64,000 nucleotides of DNA, taken from positions 1 through 64,000 of the IMG/VR virus record IMGVR_UViG_3300049472_000168, one strand, 5' to 3'. The stretch comes from a virus (Duplodnaviria > Caudoviricetes). Under the pieces are notes generated by a model. The model was not told the DNA's origin, did no database searches, and saw nothing but the letters and a program-made list of their open reading frames with translations. This document shows positions 37,451 to 47,555 of this stretch, piece by piece. The position numbers were made by a program, and so were the translations under genes. Position 1 is the stretch's first letter, and every line of letters begins with the position of its first letter.

Positions 37451-38487
37451 GTTTTGATGCCAAAGAAGCGTTTCAGGAGCTGGCGGATATCTGGCCTCTG
37501 AAAAGACGTAACAAAACCGTAGATTTTCAGATCTTCGAGTCCAGGGTTATGTCCCAGGAGGCATTTGAGAAGCTGCTCGAACGAGCAAAAATCGTTATCG
37601 AGGACGGTACGTCTCAGACATTGGCGATGTTTATCAGCTCGGAGACCAAGAAAGTATCCAAGAGTCCCGTTGCCTTGACCTCTCTGTATCCTACTGAACA
37701 GGATAGTCCTGAACTTCTCGAAGCCTTCGAGACCGTTTGGGCCCAATGGCCTCGCCATTTTTCGTGGCCAGAATCCAGGGAATCGGCTTTTTCGGGATTC
37801 CGTAGTTTTGTCAAGAAAAATGGTCTCTCCGGGGTTGTCGAGACCTGTAGCTTTTATGCTACAACGTTCAATGACCCGACATCAGGAATGATTCATCCCT
37901 ACCATCTTTCCAATTTCCTTGGAGACTCCTCGAAGTTTGCCGAATGGTCGGCCCGTGCTGTATTTGCACCGAGTCAGACTGATATCGAAGACTTCAATGC
38001 TGTCTGGGCCTGGTATCCGAGGGCAGGTGGTTCCGAAAAACAGAAGAAAGACGCCCTTCTTTTCTGGCTACGTCATGTCAAGCCGGAACAGAGATTTGAT
38101 TTCTTGGCTTCAGTGAAGTCCTACCACAGGGTCCTGAACGAGATCAAATATGCCAAGAATCTGATAGGATTCATCGGAGACTGGAAGACGTTTTTATCTT
38201 ACTCCAGTATTGCTGCGGATATCAGCAAAGGAATCCTGGAAATAGTTCCTGCCGAGGCCTGGAAGGGGCAGACTTTAATGAATCTGTCTTCTGGACTTAC
38301 CAATCAGGTCCTAGGACGGCTTCAATCTGGAACTACAAAAGGAAAGATCCAGGATACAATATCTGATATCTGTGCAGTCGTGGTCGAACAAAACAAAAAG
38401 CTGGGGTCAGACATAGTCTTGGACCCAGTCGAGGTCTACAATGCTGCATATCGACAGGCAGCGAAACCGCCTAAGACGGTAGCATGA
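37447..38487 (+). CDS. Replication initiator / replisome organizer-like protein
   Basis: Three repeats of F...W..(W/Y)P(R/L) modules typical of phage initiator C-termini; next to the repeat array. Confidence 0.5.
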   Translation: MSFDAKEAFQELADIWPLKRRNKTVDFQIFESRVMSQEAFEKLLERAKIVIEDGTSQTLAMFISSETKKVSKSPVALTSLYPTEQDSPELLEAFETVWAQWPRHFSWPESRESAFSGFRSFVKKNGLSGVVETCSFYATTFNDPTSGMIHPYHLSNFLGDSSKFAEWSARAVFAPSQTDIEDFNAVWAWYPRAGGSEKQKKDALLFWLRHVKPEQRFDFLASVKSYHRVLNEIKYAKNLIGFIGDWKTFLSYSSIAADISKGILEIVPAEAWKGQTLMNLSSGLTNQVLGRLQSGTTKGKIQDTISDICAVVVEQNKKLGSDIVLDPVEVYNAAYRQAAKPPKTVA

Positions 38488-38735
38488 AGTTTTCACAGGA
38501 TTGGATAGATGACTGCGTACGTTACTACGGCAAGGTCCTTGACGGAGATAAGGGGCATTGGTGTATGGATTGGGATGACCTCCCTATTGATGAGACATGT
38601 TCTGAATTCGATTGCTGTAATTGTGTTCTGCTGTCTCCGGAGTCAAAGGCTATTGTCGAAACTATGATCAGTAATCCTCCGGCTCCAACTGAAGCCTTGA
38701 TCGAGGCAGCCAGCCGTTTTAAGGAAACAAAATGA
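38484..38735 (+). CDS. Hypothetical protein
   Basis: ATGA coupling; HWC.DWD.L.ID..C.EF..C.C. Confidence 0.55.
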   Translation: MKFSQDWIDDCVRYYGKVLDGDKGHWCMDWDDLPIDETCSEFDCCNCVLLSPESKAIVETMISNPPAPTEALIEAASRFKETK

Positions 38736-38904
38736 ACCAAACGACGAGTAAATCTGGAGGAATAATTCCAGTAGTAGTACAGAGTCCAGACGGGAAATAT
38801 AGGTTCAGTTGCTTCCACTGCGGAACCGGATATACAATCGAGGCTCCAGACGAAGAACCTCAGAAGCCTGAGCCGAAAAAGCGTAAACGCACCAAGAAAA
38901 AGAA

Positions 38905-39156
38905 ATGAGTTTAGAATCTCTAGACAGAAGACTCTTCCTACGAGGACTTACCCTGCTGAGTTCGGGGCTTGTCGTCCCTAGACCTTTCTTTAGTGTACCT
39001 CAGGTTCCGAAGACTGATGCAATGATATTTTTGGATTTGAAAGAAGCACTCATAGCAGGGGGTTGGATAAGTCGAGGTCAGATAGAGTATTTAGATCTCA
39101 GTAAAATGAGAAGAACAGTATTTGATTGCAGTGCCTTTGTTCTACTTTCTAAATGA
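38905..39156 (+). CDS. Hypothetical with Tat-like twin-arginine N-terminus
   Basis: LDRRLFLRGL followed by a short hydrophobic stretch. Confidence 0.45.
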   Translation: MSLESLDRRLFLRGLTLLSSGLVVPRPFFSVPQVPKTDAMIFLDLKEALIAGGWISRGQIEYLDLSKMRRTVFDCSAFVLLSK

Positions 39157-40655
39157 AACTAATTCTCAAGACTCCGGTCAAATTGCAACTCCCTCTGGAG
39201 TGGGTTGGGACCAAGGTAGAGCAAGACCTGAGAAAAGAACTCAGGTATGAAGACCTATCTGCCACCCACGAATGGAAACGCTGGAAAGAAATCCAGAAGG
39301 CCGACGACAAGAGACCAGGAACCCACTGGTTTGTGAGGAAAGAAGGACGTAAGGTCCTAGACGAGAAAGTAGAAGAACTCAATAGCCAAAGAATCAAAGA
39401 GGCTGTCTTTCTGGACAAATCCGGCAGACTCTATACCTATTCCGGACTGGCCAGGAGTCTATCCAAGAAATATGGCCTCCCGATAGCCAGAGAATATAAA
39501 TTGCCGGAACCCCAAATATTGGGGTGGGACAGGCCTCCACCTCCTCTTAGGCCTTACCAAAAGGAAGCAGTAGAACTTCTCTTAGCCGAAACTCATGCCG
39601 GAGTATCTCTGGCCACAGGCATGGGTAAGACCCTGTGTATCGCTGAGATCCTTAGAAGGATCGGAACCACTGGGGTAGTCGTAGTCCCTACCCTGTCGAT
39701 TGCCACCCAGATGTATGCCGACTTCTGCACCTGGTTCGGTAAAGGAAAGATCGGACGATTCTACGGAGGTAAAAAAGAATCGTCGAAGAGATTTGTTATC
39801 GCTGTATCCAAGTCTCTGACCGCCGTGGAGCCAGGTTCCAGAGAAGAGTCCGAACTGAAGTCAAAAGATGTCGTCTGTGGCGACGAATGTCATCTGCTTC
39901 CGGCTGAGACTCTGTCAAAAGTAATCCTTAGGCTCCTGTCAAAGGCTCCATATCGCTTCTTCTTTTCTGGGACCCATATCAGGTCTGACGGTCTCGATAC
40001 CGTATTGGAGGGAATCACAGGACCCGTAGTGATGTCCATGGATGTGGCCGACGGTGTCCGAGGAGGATTCCTGAGTGCTCCTCGATTTATCCAGTACAAG
40101 GTGTCCAGTCGTGAAAATTTTTATGCCACCGACAGCATAAAAATGAACCGGAGGCACCTCCACAGAAATCCTGTGGTCTATACCCATGTCGTAGCTCTGG
40201 TGAAGAAGGCAATAGAAAAGAAGAAGAGACCTCTAATCCTACTTGAGGAGATTTCTCAATTCCCTTATCTGGCTGAGCTGTCTGGGTTTAAACTAGGTTT
40301 TGCTCATGGCGGTCTTGATGCAAAGATGAAGACGAAGATCCCAGAAATCTACTGGAAGTCAGACCCCTTGGAAACCGTAAAGGCATTCGATGCCGGGGAG
40401 CTGGATATCCTTGTAGGCACCCAGTGTATCGGGACCGGAACAGATATTAAGACGGCTGACTTCATTGTTGACCTAGTTGGGCTTGCATCCGAGGTCAGAA
40501 TAAGGCAGAATGTAGGTAGGGGGACCCGTAGGTCACCTACAAAGGATTCATTTGTCTATATCGACTACGACATCCATAATATCAAGGTTTTGAGCCGTCA
40601 TGCCGAGAAGAGACGAAGCATTTTTGAATCAATTGGGCCAGTGAGAGTGATTTAA
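39153..40655 (+). CDS. SF2 DNA helicase (UvsW-like)
   Basis: LRPYQ, ATGMGKT, DECH, FSGT, GTGTDI, QNVGRGTR. Confidence 0.92.
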   Translation: MKLILKTPVKLQLPLEWVGTKVEQDLRKELRYEDLSATHEWKRWKEIQKADDKRPGTHWFVRKEGRKVLDEKVEELNSQRIKEAVFLDKSGRLYTYSGLARSLSKKYGLPIAREYKLPEPQILGWDRPPPPLRPYQKEAVELLLAETHAGVSLATGMGKTLCIAEILRRIGTTGVVVVPTLSIATQMYADFCTWFGKGKIGRFYGGKKESSKRFVIAVSKSLTAVEPGSREESELKSKDVVCGDECHLLPAETLSKVILRLLSKAPYRFFFSGTHIRSDGLDTVLEGITGPVVMSMDVADGVRGGFLSAPRFIQYKVSSRENFYATDSIKMNRRHLHRNPVVYTHVVALVKKAIEKKKRPLILLEEISQFPYLAELSGFKLGFAHGGLDAKMKTKIPEIYWKSDPLETVKAFDAGELDILVGTQCIGTGTDIKTADFIVDLVGLASEVRIRQNVGRGTRRSPTKDSFVYIDYDIHNIKVLSRHAEKRRSIFESIGPVRVI

Positions 40656-41437
40656 TGATAGTAATTTTGTGCGGACAGGCCGGTTCAGGAAAGGATACTG
40701 TAGCCTCTATTTTGGCTAATAAAATAAATGGTGTCGCAATAGGTCAAGCAGATCCTCTGAAGTGGATTGCGGGGGACCTGTTCCCGTTTAATGATCAACA
40801 GCTATTCGGTCCTTCTGAGTGTAGGAATTTTGTTGACCCCGATCTAAAGGGGTTTGACTGTCTCAGCAAAAGGAAAGACGAAGCTAGATCTTGGTGTAAG
40901 AAGTTCTTTCCTGATCGTCTTGAAGAGGCCTGGGGAGGTCTCCAGGTCTGGAATCGTCAGATAATTGCACTATCTGAGAAGAAGAACGGGATCAGCCCCA
41001 GAATGGTTCTTCAGACACTAGGTACCGAATGGGGAAGAGCCCTTGATCCAGACGTATGGATACGGTTTGCTTGCGAACAAGCAACTCGTCTTACCTCCCC
41101 GGGGTTTCTTTACAGCCGGGAAGATGGAATGTGTGTGGTTCCGGAATTTGAAGGATTCAATATAGCCATCATTACAGATGGTAGATTCCGAAATGAAATA
41201 CAGGAAGTCAAATCCAGGGGCGGGATCGCAATTAGGGTGACGAGACAAGACCGAACCTTATCTGTTGCTGCCGATCTAGGCGGGCTCAAAGGACACGATT
41301 CAGAAGAGGACTTGAATCAAGTTGAGGATAGTTACTTTGATTCTGTTGTGATCAATAATTCGACAAAGCAACATCTCTACGAGGCCTCGATTGAGGCCTA
41401 TAACAGTGCGATGGGAAATAAATATAAATTAACATGA
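40655..41437 (+). CDS. Deoxynucleoside monophosphate kinase
   Basis: GQAGSGKDT, ADPLK, PRMVLQTLGTEWGR, ITDGRFRNE, H.SE. Confidence 0.9.
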   Translation: MIVILCGQAGSGKDTVASILANKINGVAIGQADPLKWIAGDLFPFNDQQLFGPSECRNFVDPDLKGFDCLSKRKDEARSWCKKFFPDRLEEAWGGLQVWNRQIIALSEKKNGISPRMVLQTLGTEWGRALDPDVWIRFACEQATRLTSPGFLYSREDGMCVVPEFEGFNIAIITDGRFRNEIQEVKSRGGIAIRVTRQDRTLSVAADLGGLKGHDSEEDLNQVEDSYFDSVVINNSTKQHLYEASIEAYNSAMGNKYKLT

Positions 41438-42495
41438 ATCAGCAAGACCTAGACTCCAATAGACACTTCAGACTCTTTGCGACATCCGTTGAAAGAGCGA
41501 TTGCAAAATACGGATATCTCCAGGAAACAGACATCACTGAGATGCAGAAGGCCCAGGTCGAAAAGCTTGTTGGTCTCGAATCAGAATGGAGGGATGCCTT
41601 AGTCAAAAGTGACAGAGGACAAGATATCTATGAGGCCTTTGTTTCTCATATCCTGGACGAGAGGAGAAATATCTTAGCCGCTAGGCCATTTTTCAGAGAG
41701 CGTCAAAAGATTTTTACGGTCTCCATCAGCCCCGCACTGAAGGCCAGGAATTGGGAGGAGATCCAAAAATTTCACGTCAACTGGACTTTCATCAGATTTG
41801 CGTCAAAACGAAACCTCGACAAGAAATCTGAGGTCTACAGATTGACCAAGGAAATCGAGAAGGCCAGGATGGAGTTGGTAGAGATGAATCTACCCCTAGC
41901 AATTTCGAGGTCAAGGATCTTCTGGTCCAGAACACCAAAATCTCACCTCACCTTCATGGACTTTGTATCCATTGCCACAGAGGGTCTCCTGGCAGCCGTG
42001 GATAAATTTGTTTTACCCTATTCAGAAGTCTTCAGGTCGGTTGCTATTGGTAGAATGGTCGGGAACTTTATCGAATCCTACTCTGATACCATGCTCCATT
42101 TTTACCCCAACGACCGTAGGAAGATTTACAGGGCCAATAAGTATATGTCGAAGAGGCCTACTGGAGATTACCAGACCTCCGAACTGGTCGATGTCGTCAA
42201 CAAAGGGGCAAAACTCCGACAACAGACCTCAGATCTCGAAATCAAAGAACTCGTCGCCGCCATTTCTATTTTGCCGTTCGACCTCAAGCCAGACACCGGG
42301 ATGTCAGATAGTCATGGCAACGATATCCAGGAAATCGGAGGTAAGATAGAAGCCAGTCCAGATTCGAGGCCAGATGTCAGAGCAGAAAAGACAGAGGCCT
42401 CCAGAATCGTTTTTGAGGCAATCAAAGATCTTCCTTTAATTGACCAAAAACTTCTGAGGCTGAAGGGGGTTGACATCAATGCTATGGCGTGGTAA
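41434..42495 (+). CDS. Phage sigma70-family sigma factor
   Basis: Region 2-like ARMELVEMNLPLAIS..DFVSIATEGLLAAVDKF; truncated region 4 (LPLIDQKLLRLKG). Confidence 0.8.
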   Translation: MNQQDLDSNRHFRLFATSVERAIAKYGYLQETDITEMQKAQVEKLVGLESEWRDALVKSDRGQDIYEAFVSHILDERRNILAARPFFRERQKIFTVSISPALKARNWEEIQKFHVNWTFIRFASKRNLDKKSEVYRLTKEIEKARMELVEMNLPLAISRSRIFWSRTPKSHLTFMDFVSIATEGLLAAVDKFVLPYSEVFRSVAIGRMVGNFIESYSDTMLHFYPNDRRKIYRANKYMSKRPTGDYQTSELVDVVNKGAKLRQQTSDLEIKELVAAISILPFDLKPDTGMSDSHGNDIQEIGGKIEASPDSRPDVRAEKTEASRIVFEAIKDLPLIDQKLLRLKGVDINAMAW

Positions 42496-42498
42496 ATT
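42470..42498 (+). promoter_or_regulatory. sigma70-type promoter (extended -10)
   Basis: TTGACA-17-TAAATT with TG at the extended position. Confidence 0.6.
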
Positions 42499-42516
42499 CC
42501 TACATTGGAGGATTTT

Positions 42517-42855
42517 ATGTTTAGAACTAGTCAGAACACTGTGGCGTGTAGGCCGTTCCCGGAGAAAATTCAGAAAACTGAGAAGAAGACTGGGTTGGCG
42601 TTTGGCAATTTGACCACAGCACTAGTAGAACTCGAAGTGGTTGCGGAGTGTTACGGACCTACAGGTCTTTCCTCTAACTTAAGAGTGAATGATCACGTAT
42701 TTGTCCGCCCCGACCGTTCGATTCAGCCCTGGGCCAAAGAAATCTGTAAAGCTCCGGGGATAGAGGGGGATTTTATCTTGGTCCCCATCAATGAGGTTCT
42801 GCTACATAGAAGCAGAGAGGAATTGCCGGAATTGCGAAAGGCGGAGGAAAAATAA
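42517..42855 (+). CDS. GroES-like co-chaperonin
   Basis: Pattern FRT..NTV...P..KKTGL..EVVA..LRVNDHV..I.G.FILV...EVL parallels GroES; GGAGG RBS. Confidence 0.55.
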   Translation: MFRTSQNTVACRPFPEKIQKTEKKTGLAFGNLTTALVELEVVAECYGPTGLSSNLRVNDHVFVRPDRSIQPWAKEICKAPGIEGDFILVPINEVLLHRSREELPELRKAEEK

Positions 42856-42856
42856 A

Positions 42857-43597
42857 ATGGGATACACGACGGAATTTGAGGGAGCCTTCAGGGTCTCTCC
42901 AGCGTTTAGAGAGGTAGATGCGATATATCTACAAAGATTTTGTGAAACACGTCGAATGACGTGGAATGTGGACAAAATCTTTAATCGACTCGATTCAATT
43001 CGCGAGGCCGTATTGCTCCCAATTGGGGGGGATGGGGAATATTTTACCGGTGCTGTAGGATTCGCTGGTCAAGAAGACGGACCATGTGTACTAGACTTCA
43101 ATAGACCTCCAGGTTCTCAGCCTGGCCTTTGGTGTCATTGGGTACCGACGAAAGATAGGAAAGGTCTCGAATGGGACGGAGGAGAAAAATTCTATCATTA
43201 CGTCGAATGGCTTGAATATTTGATCGAACATTTTCTTACTCCGTGGGGTTATGTCGTTTCGGGTACCGTGAAGTGGAGTGGAGAGGAAGAAGAGGACAAC
43301 GGAACAATTTTCGTAGAAAATAATGTAGTGAAAACGACAACGGAAGAAGATGTCCCTGTTGTTGTCAAACCATATGAGCGTACGATTCGTCCTGAGTTCA
43401 ATTATCATCAACTCAACCAAGAAGGGGTAAGAAAGGCGAAGACGGTTTCGATTCTTTTTTCTAATCTTCTCGATGAACTCGAAGGCATTTGTGGTTCTGG
43501 CAGAGAAATTGCAATCGTCCGGACAAAACTGGAGGAGGCCTCGTTCTTTGCGAAAAAAGCTGTAGCTGTCAATCCAGATAACCAGCAACTCAAATGA
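42857..43597 (+). CDS. Two-domain protein: unknown N-domain + Acb2/Tad1-like hairpin domain
   Basis: C-terminal FNYH..LCGSGREIAIVRTKLEEASFFAKKAVA-type pattern (ICGSGRE in this protein); GGAGG RBS. Confidence 0.65.
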   Translation: MGYTTEFEGAFRVSPAFREVDAIYLQRFCETRRMTWNVDKIFNRLDSIREAVLLPIGGDGEYFTGAVGFAGQEDGPCVLDFNRPPGSQPGLWCHWVPTKDRKGLEWDGGEKFYHYVEWLEYLIEHFLTPWGYVVSGTVKWSGEEEEDNGTIFVENNVVKTTTEEDVPVVVKPYERTIRPEFNYHQLNQEGVRKAKTVSILFSNLLDELEGICGSGREIAIVRTKLEEASFFAKKAVAVNPDNQQLK

Positions 43598-44583
43598 AGA
43601 TTCTTCTAGTCGGCGATGTCCATAGTAATCCTGACGAACTCCAGGACTGCGAGACTTTACTCGACCTAGTCGAAGTGACAGCATTTATGGAGCAAGTAGA
43701 TGCTGTTGTCTTCATGGGGGACCTCTACAATACTCACGACATCGTCAATGTGAGATGTATCGAGTTCTGGAATCGCAGATTTAGGTCTCTGAAGTCAAAG
43801 GTCAAGGAAGTATTTGCATTGGTCGGAAATCACGACCAGGTGACACCTACAAAAGCATTTCCTCATTCATTGGTGGCTCACCAGGATTTAATCAAGGTCG
43901 TAGATAAGCCTGGTATTTTTCTAGGAACTAAGCTAGACGGAGTCGCGATGATTCCGTATACCCATAGTCCTCAGGAATTTGTCGCTGCCGCAAACGATGT
44001 GGGCGGCAAGATCTTGTTATGTCATCAGACCTTTCAGGGGGCCACCTACGAAAATGGGTTCTACGCCAAGGATGCTGTTGAAACCAAAGATATTCCCCAC
44101 CCCGTAGTATTTAGCGGACACATCCACAGCCCTCAGAAGATTTCCCAGGTCCAGTATATTGGGGCTCCCAGATGGAGGACCCGTTCGGACGCCAATCTCG
44201 ATAGGCATCTATGGATTGTCAATACATCTACAGGGAAAGTAGAGTCAAAGGTCCCTACTGATGGATGTCGTAGAATCCACGTCTTTACCGATACTCCGGA
44301 GGCTCCTCTCATGGTGGTTGGATATAAGTCAGGAGACCGATTGTTGGTCGATGTCTATGGCAAGGATGCTAAAACAGTAAGAGACCGGGAATCCTACATC
44401 AAAACAGCATATCCGGGAGCAATTACCAGAGGATTCCCGGATAAAGCAAAGGTCTCGGCAGTTTCTGAATCCGAAGGAATCTCGGTAGCATTCAAGAAGT
44501 TTTCTGAGTCCTACAACCCTCCCCTCGGCACCTCTAGGCAGACACTATACCAAATGTTGGAGTCCAGACTTGGACAATCTTAG
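43594..44583 (+). CDS. SbcD/Mre11/gp47-like nuclease
   Basis: GDVH, MGDLY, VGNHD, CHQT, SGHIH, YIG.P. Confidence 0.88.
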   Translation: MKILLVGDVHSNPDELQDCETLLDLVEVTAFMEQVDAVVFMGDLYNTHDIVNVRCIEFWNRRFRSLKSKVKEVFALVGNHDQVTPTKAFPHSLVAHQDLIKVVDKPGIFLGTKLDGVAMIPYTHSPQEFVAAANDVGGKILLCHQTFQGATYENGFYAKDAVETKDIPHPVVFSGHIHSPQKISQVQYIGAPRWRTRSDANLDRHLWIVNTSTGKVESKVPTDGCRRIHVFTDTPEAPLMVVGYKSGDRLLVDVYGKDAKTVRDRESYIKTAYPGAITRGFPDKAKVSAVSESEGISVAFKKFSESYNPPLGTSRQTLYQMLESRLGQS

Positions 44584-44959
44584 CAATGACGAACAAATCG
44601 CGGTTCTCCGAGGACTGACGAAGAGAACCGAGATCTTGCATGAGGCCCAGGTCCTCCAACTCAGGCTGTGGCCGTTTGCTGTAGATCCTAGCCTCTCCAA
44701 TTCGGAGGCTTCAATAGACTTCCCAACACACCAGGTATCTTTTGCCTGGAAGGATACCGATAAATCACAGACATGGAAGGCAACATCGAAATATCTATCA
44801 GGGATCGATAGACTCCAGGAATCGGTCAGGTTCCTGCTCGGTAACGGCTGGAAGATTTCAGTTTCCATGAATGGTAAGAAATTCTTTCCTCCGACAAAGA
44901 AATCGAAACCAAAGAAGACCAAGAAGAAGCCAGATGTCAGAAGAACTAGACGTAAGTAG
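44570..44959 (+). CDS. Hypothetical protein
   Basis: Packed ORF with GGAG RBS. Confidence 0.55.
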   Translation: MDNLSNDEQIAVLRGLTKRTEILHEAQVLQLRLWPFAVDPSLSNSEASIDFPTHQVSFAWKDTDKSQTWKATSKYLSGIDRLQESVRFLLGNGWKISVSMNGKKFFPPTKKSKPKKTKKKPDVRRTRRK

Positions 44960-45536
44960 AGATCTGTCCTGGCTCCAGGAGTCGGAGAGGTTTGCTTTAT
45001 CCTACTTCGAGTCGAAACAGGGCGTCGGAAGCTCTCAGTATTCGCCTATTTCTCCTCTGGCCGCCGAGGCCATGTATCCTTTATTCCTCCAGGGCAGGAC
45101 GTTTGACGAAATCCGAAAACTAAATCCGCACTTCAGCCTGGGTCAAATCGTATCTGCCGCAGTAAATGCTAATTGGTTTGATCGTAGACAGGCCCATTCC
45201 CATGCTGCTGTTTCGAGGGCAAGGGCTAGGGCCATTCTTGCTGCTGCCGATGGAGTCGAGCTGGCCTCGGATATCATCGCAGCTCTGAGGGCCCAGCATG
45301 GTGACGCTATTGCGAAGTATCTCCAGACCGGAGATGTCAATGTCCTGAATCAGGCGACTTCCATTGATACTATCAGGAAGATCAAGGAGGCCGGAGAAGT
45401 CCTGATGAAACTGACAGGACAGGACCAGATCAAGAGGGTTTCGGTATCCGGTACTGTGGATTTTAAACAACAAGAGGAGAATTCTTCTTCAAAAATTCGA
45501 GACTGGGCAAGATCTAAAAAAGAAGCCGAAAGATGA
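44934..45536 (+). CDS. Putative terminase small subunit
   Basis: HTH-like then helical domain, directly upstream of terL. Confidence 0.5.
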   Translation: MSEELDVSRDLSWLQESERFALSYFESKQGVGSSQYSPISPLAAEAMYPLFLQGRTFDEIRKLNPHFSLGQIVSAAVNANWFDRRQAHSHAAVSRARARAILAAADGVELASDIIAALRAQHGDAIAKYLQTGDVNVLNQATSIDTIRKIKEAGEVLMKLTGQDQIKRVSVSGTVDFKQQEENSSSKIRDWARSKKEAER

Positions 45537-47536
45537 TTGCTGGACTGGACCTGGATAGGAGGCGAGAACTATTTAGGATTTGTAGATCTAAGTCTGAATT
45601 GAAGGACTGGATCTATTTTTTCTTAGACCTCGAACTGCCTGATGTTATCGTAGACCCCCAATCCAACACAACTCCTATGGATATGGCATGGGACACCTAT
45701 GCTCATTTTACGGGTCAGATCACTGATGCAGAAGTTTCTCGAATTCTTTATTACGCAGCAAGAGATGCAGGAAAAACTTTAACTCAAAGTGTTATCGAAG
45801 TTCTAGCTCTTCTTCACCTCGATGTCAACGTTGTACATCTTGCTGCTATTATCCAGCAAAGCCAAAATGCTCAAAAATATTTAAAAGCGTTTTTAAATCG
45901 AAGCGACACCATAGGGTTTCTTGAGGGCAACAATATAAGGGTAACAGAGGTGTGCCTATACCGTCCAGAAGATCCGACCGATGACGGAATAGTGCTGACA
46001 GAAAAGGAGTGGTTAACATTAAATCAGAATCAACAGCGGGGGTATTATAGAGTTCAGAATAGAGCTGAAATCATAGTGGCGACGATGCAGTCTACCAATG
46101 GTCTCCACGCCGGAATAGTTTGCTTGGACGAAATCGATGTCTTGTCCAACCCAGCGGCTTATGCCGAATCCGTCAATATTCCTACAGCAGTGAAGCGTAG
46201 GGACGGTAAAACTCAGATGCCTTTAACTATTCTCACTTCGACTAGGAAGTCAGCATTCGGTTTGGTCCAGGATGAAATCAACAAGGCACCTCTGACTGGT
46301 CTGCGGGTTAAACATTTCAACATCCTCGACGTGACCGAGAGGTGCCCTCCTCAGAGACATCGTCCAGACCTACCGGAAGCACAGATGTGGGTATCAACAG
46401 ACGAACTGAGACATGTTGATGACGCCACATATCGGCAGATGTCCTTCAAGGAAAAAGAGTCGTTTTCTTTAGCTACCGGTTTTAGCGGTTGCCAGAATTG
46501 CAGACTCTTCGTCGCTTGTCGAGGTCGTCTTGCTACGGCCCAGACTTCGACCTCGAAGTTCTTGAAACCGATCCAACACGTCATCAATCAATTCAAGAAT
46601 AATTCAATTGATATGGCGAAGGCCCAATTACTTTGTCTCAAGCCTAGCTCTACAGGTTTGGTCTACTCCAGACTGGACCGGATGAAACACGTCATCACTC
46701 CTGCTGAGGCCTACTACAAGGTTTTTGGTGAAGAGGTCCAGGATCCCCAGAATTTTTCAAAAGCCCAACTGATGGATGCCTTGGCTGCCAGAGATGTGGG
46801 TTGGTTCGGTGGGCTCGACTGGGGTAGTACTCATAATTTTGCCTACGTCCATGGCTTCAAAGACCATAACAGAGGTTTTGTAACTCATTGTGTCAGTATC
46901 GCAGAACTAGACCCAGACCAGATGTTGGATGTCTGCGCCCCGTTTAAGAGATTTGATCCCCAGATCTATCCGGATACTGCGGATCCCAAGATGAATAAGC
47001 TGTTCAAGAAAAACGGCTACAGGATGATGAAGTGGAAGAAGGGTCCAGGCTCCGTGATCGGAGGCATCAATATCGTGAGATGGATGCTGAACCCTCCTAT
47101 GGGGGACCCAAACCTATTTATTGTCAGAGACCTCGGAGATGACCCCCAGATCGATTTGCTCTGGGATAACCTGTCTCAGTACCACTGGAAGCTAGATGCA
47201 GCGAGGAAGCCTACAGCGGTGCCGTCAGAAGACAAAGACGACGAGCCCGATGCCTTCAGATACGCCATTATGAATGTATTCGACCCCAGTGCTGGACAGA
47301 TCGTCACCTCCACGATGAGGACAGAGGATACCGAGGCCCAGGAGTTCTCGGCTCCAGGGAACGGCGGACTCTACGACCCCAAACACTGGATGACCCAAGT
47401 CATTTCGGAGAGGACCGGACAGGCTCCGAATTTTGTCCAGACCCGACCCCCGATGGAAACCTCTAAACCACAGTCATATTATGGGGAAGAGGTTCCGACC
47501 AAAGGGAAGAAGGGTCGCCTGATATTCGATATCTAG
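45533..47536 (+). CDS. terL: Terminase large subunit
   Basis: ARDAGKT Walker A, VCLDEID Walker B, GGLDWG nuclease motif, DDEPDAFRY. Confidence 0.9.
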   Translation: MIAGLDLDRRRELFRICRSKSELKDWIYFFLDLELPDVIVDPQSNTTPMDMAWDTYAHFTGQITDAEVSRILYYAARDAGKTLTQSVIEVLALLHLDVNVVHLAAIIQQSQNAQKYLKAFLNRSDTIGFLEGNNIRVTEVCLYRPEDPTDDGIVLTEKEWLTLNQNQQRGYYRVQNRAEIIVATMQSTNGLHAGIVCLDEIDVLSNPAAYAESVNIPTAVKRRDGKTQMPLTILTSTRKSAFGLVQDEINKAPLTGLRVKHFNILDVTERCPPQRHRPDLPEAQMWVSTDELRHVDDATYRQMSFKEKESFSLATGFSGCQNCRLFVACRGRLATAQTSTSKFLKPIQHVINQFKNNSIDMAKAQLLCLKPSSTGLVYSRLDRMKHVITPAEAYYKVFGEEVQDPQNFSKAQLMDALAARDVGWFGGLDWGSTHNFAYVHGFKDHNRGFVTHCVSIAELDPDQMLDVCAPFKRFDPQIYPDTADPKMNKLFKKNGYRMMKWKKGPGSVIGGINIVRWMLNPPMGDPNLFIVRDLGDDPQIDLLWDNLSQYHWKLDAARKPTAVPSEDKDDEPDAFRYAIMNVFDPSAGQIVTSTMRTEDTEAQEFSAPGNGGLYDPKHWMTQVISERTGQAPNFVQTRPPMETSKPQSYYGEEVPTKGKKGRLIFDI

Positions 47537-47555
47537 CCCCAATCTTGTTCAACAG

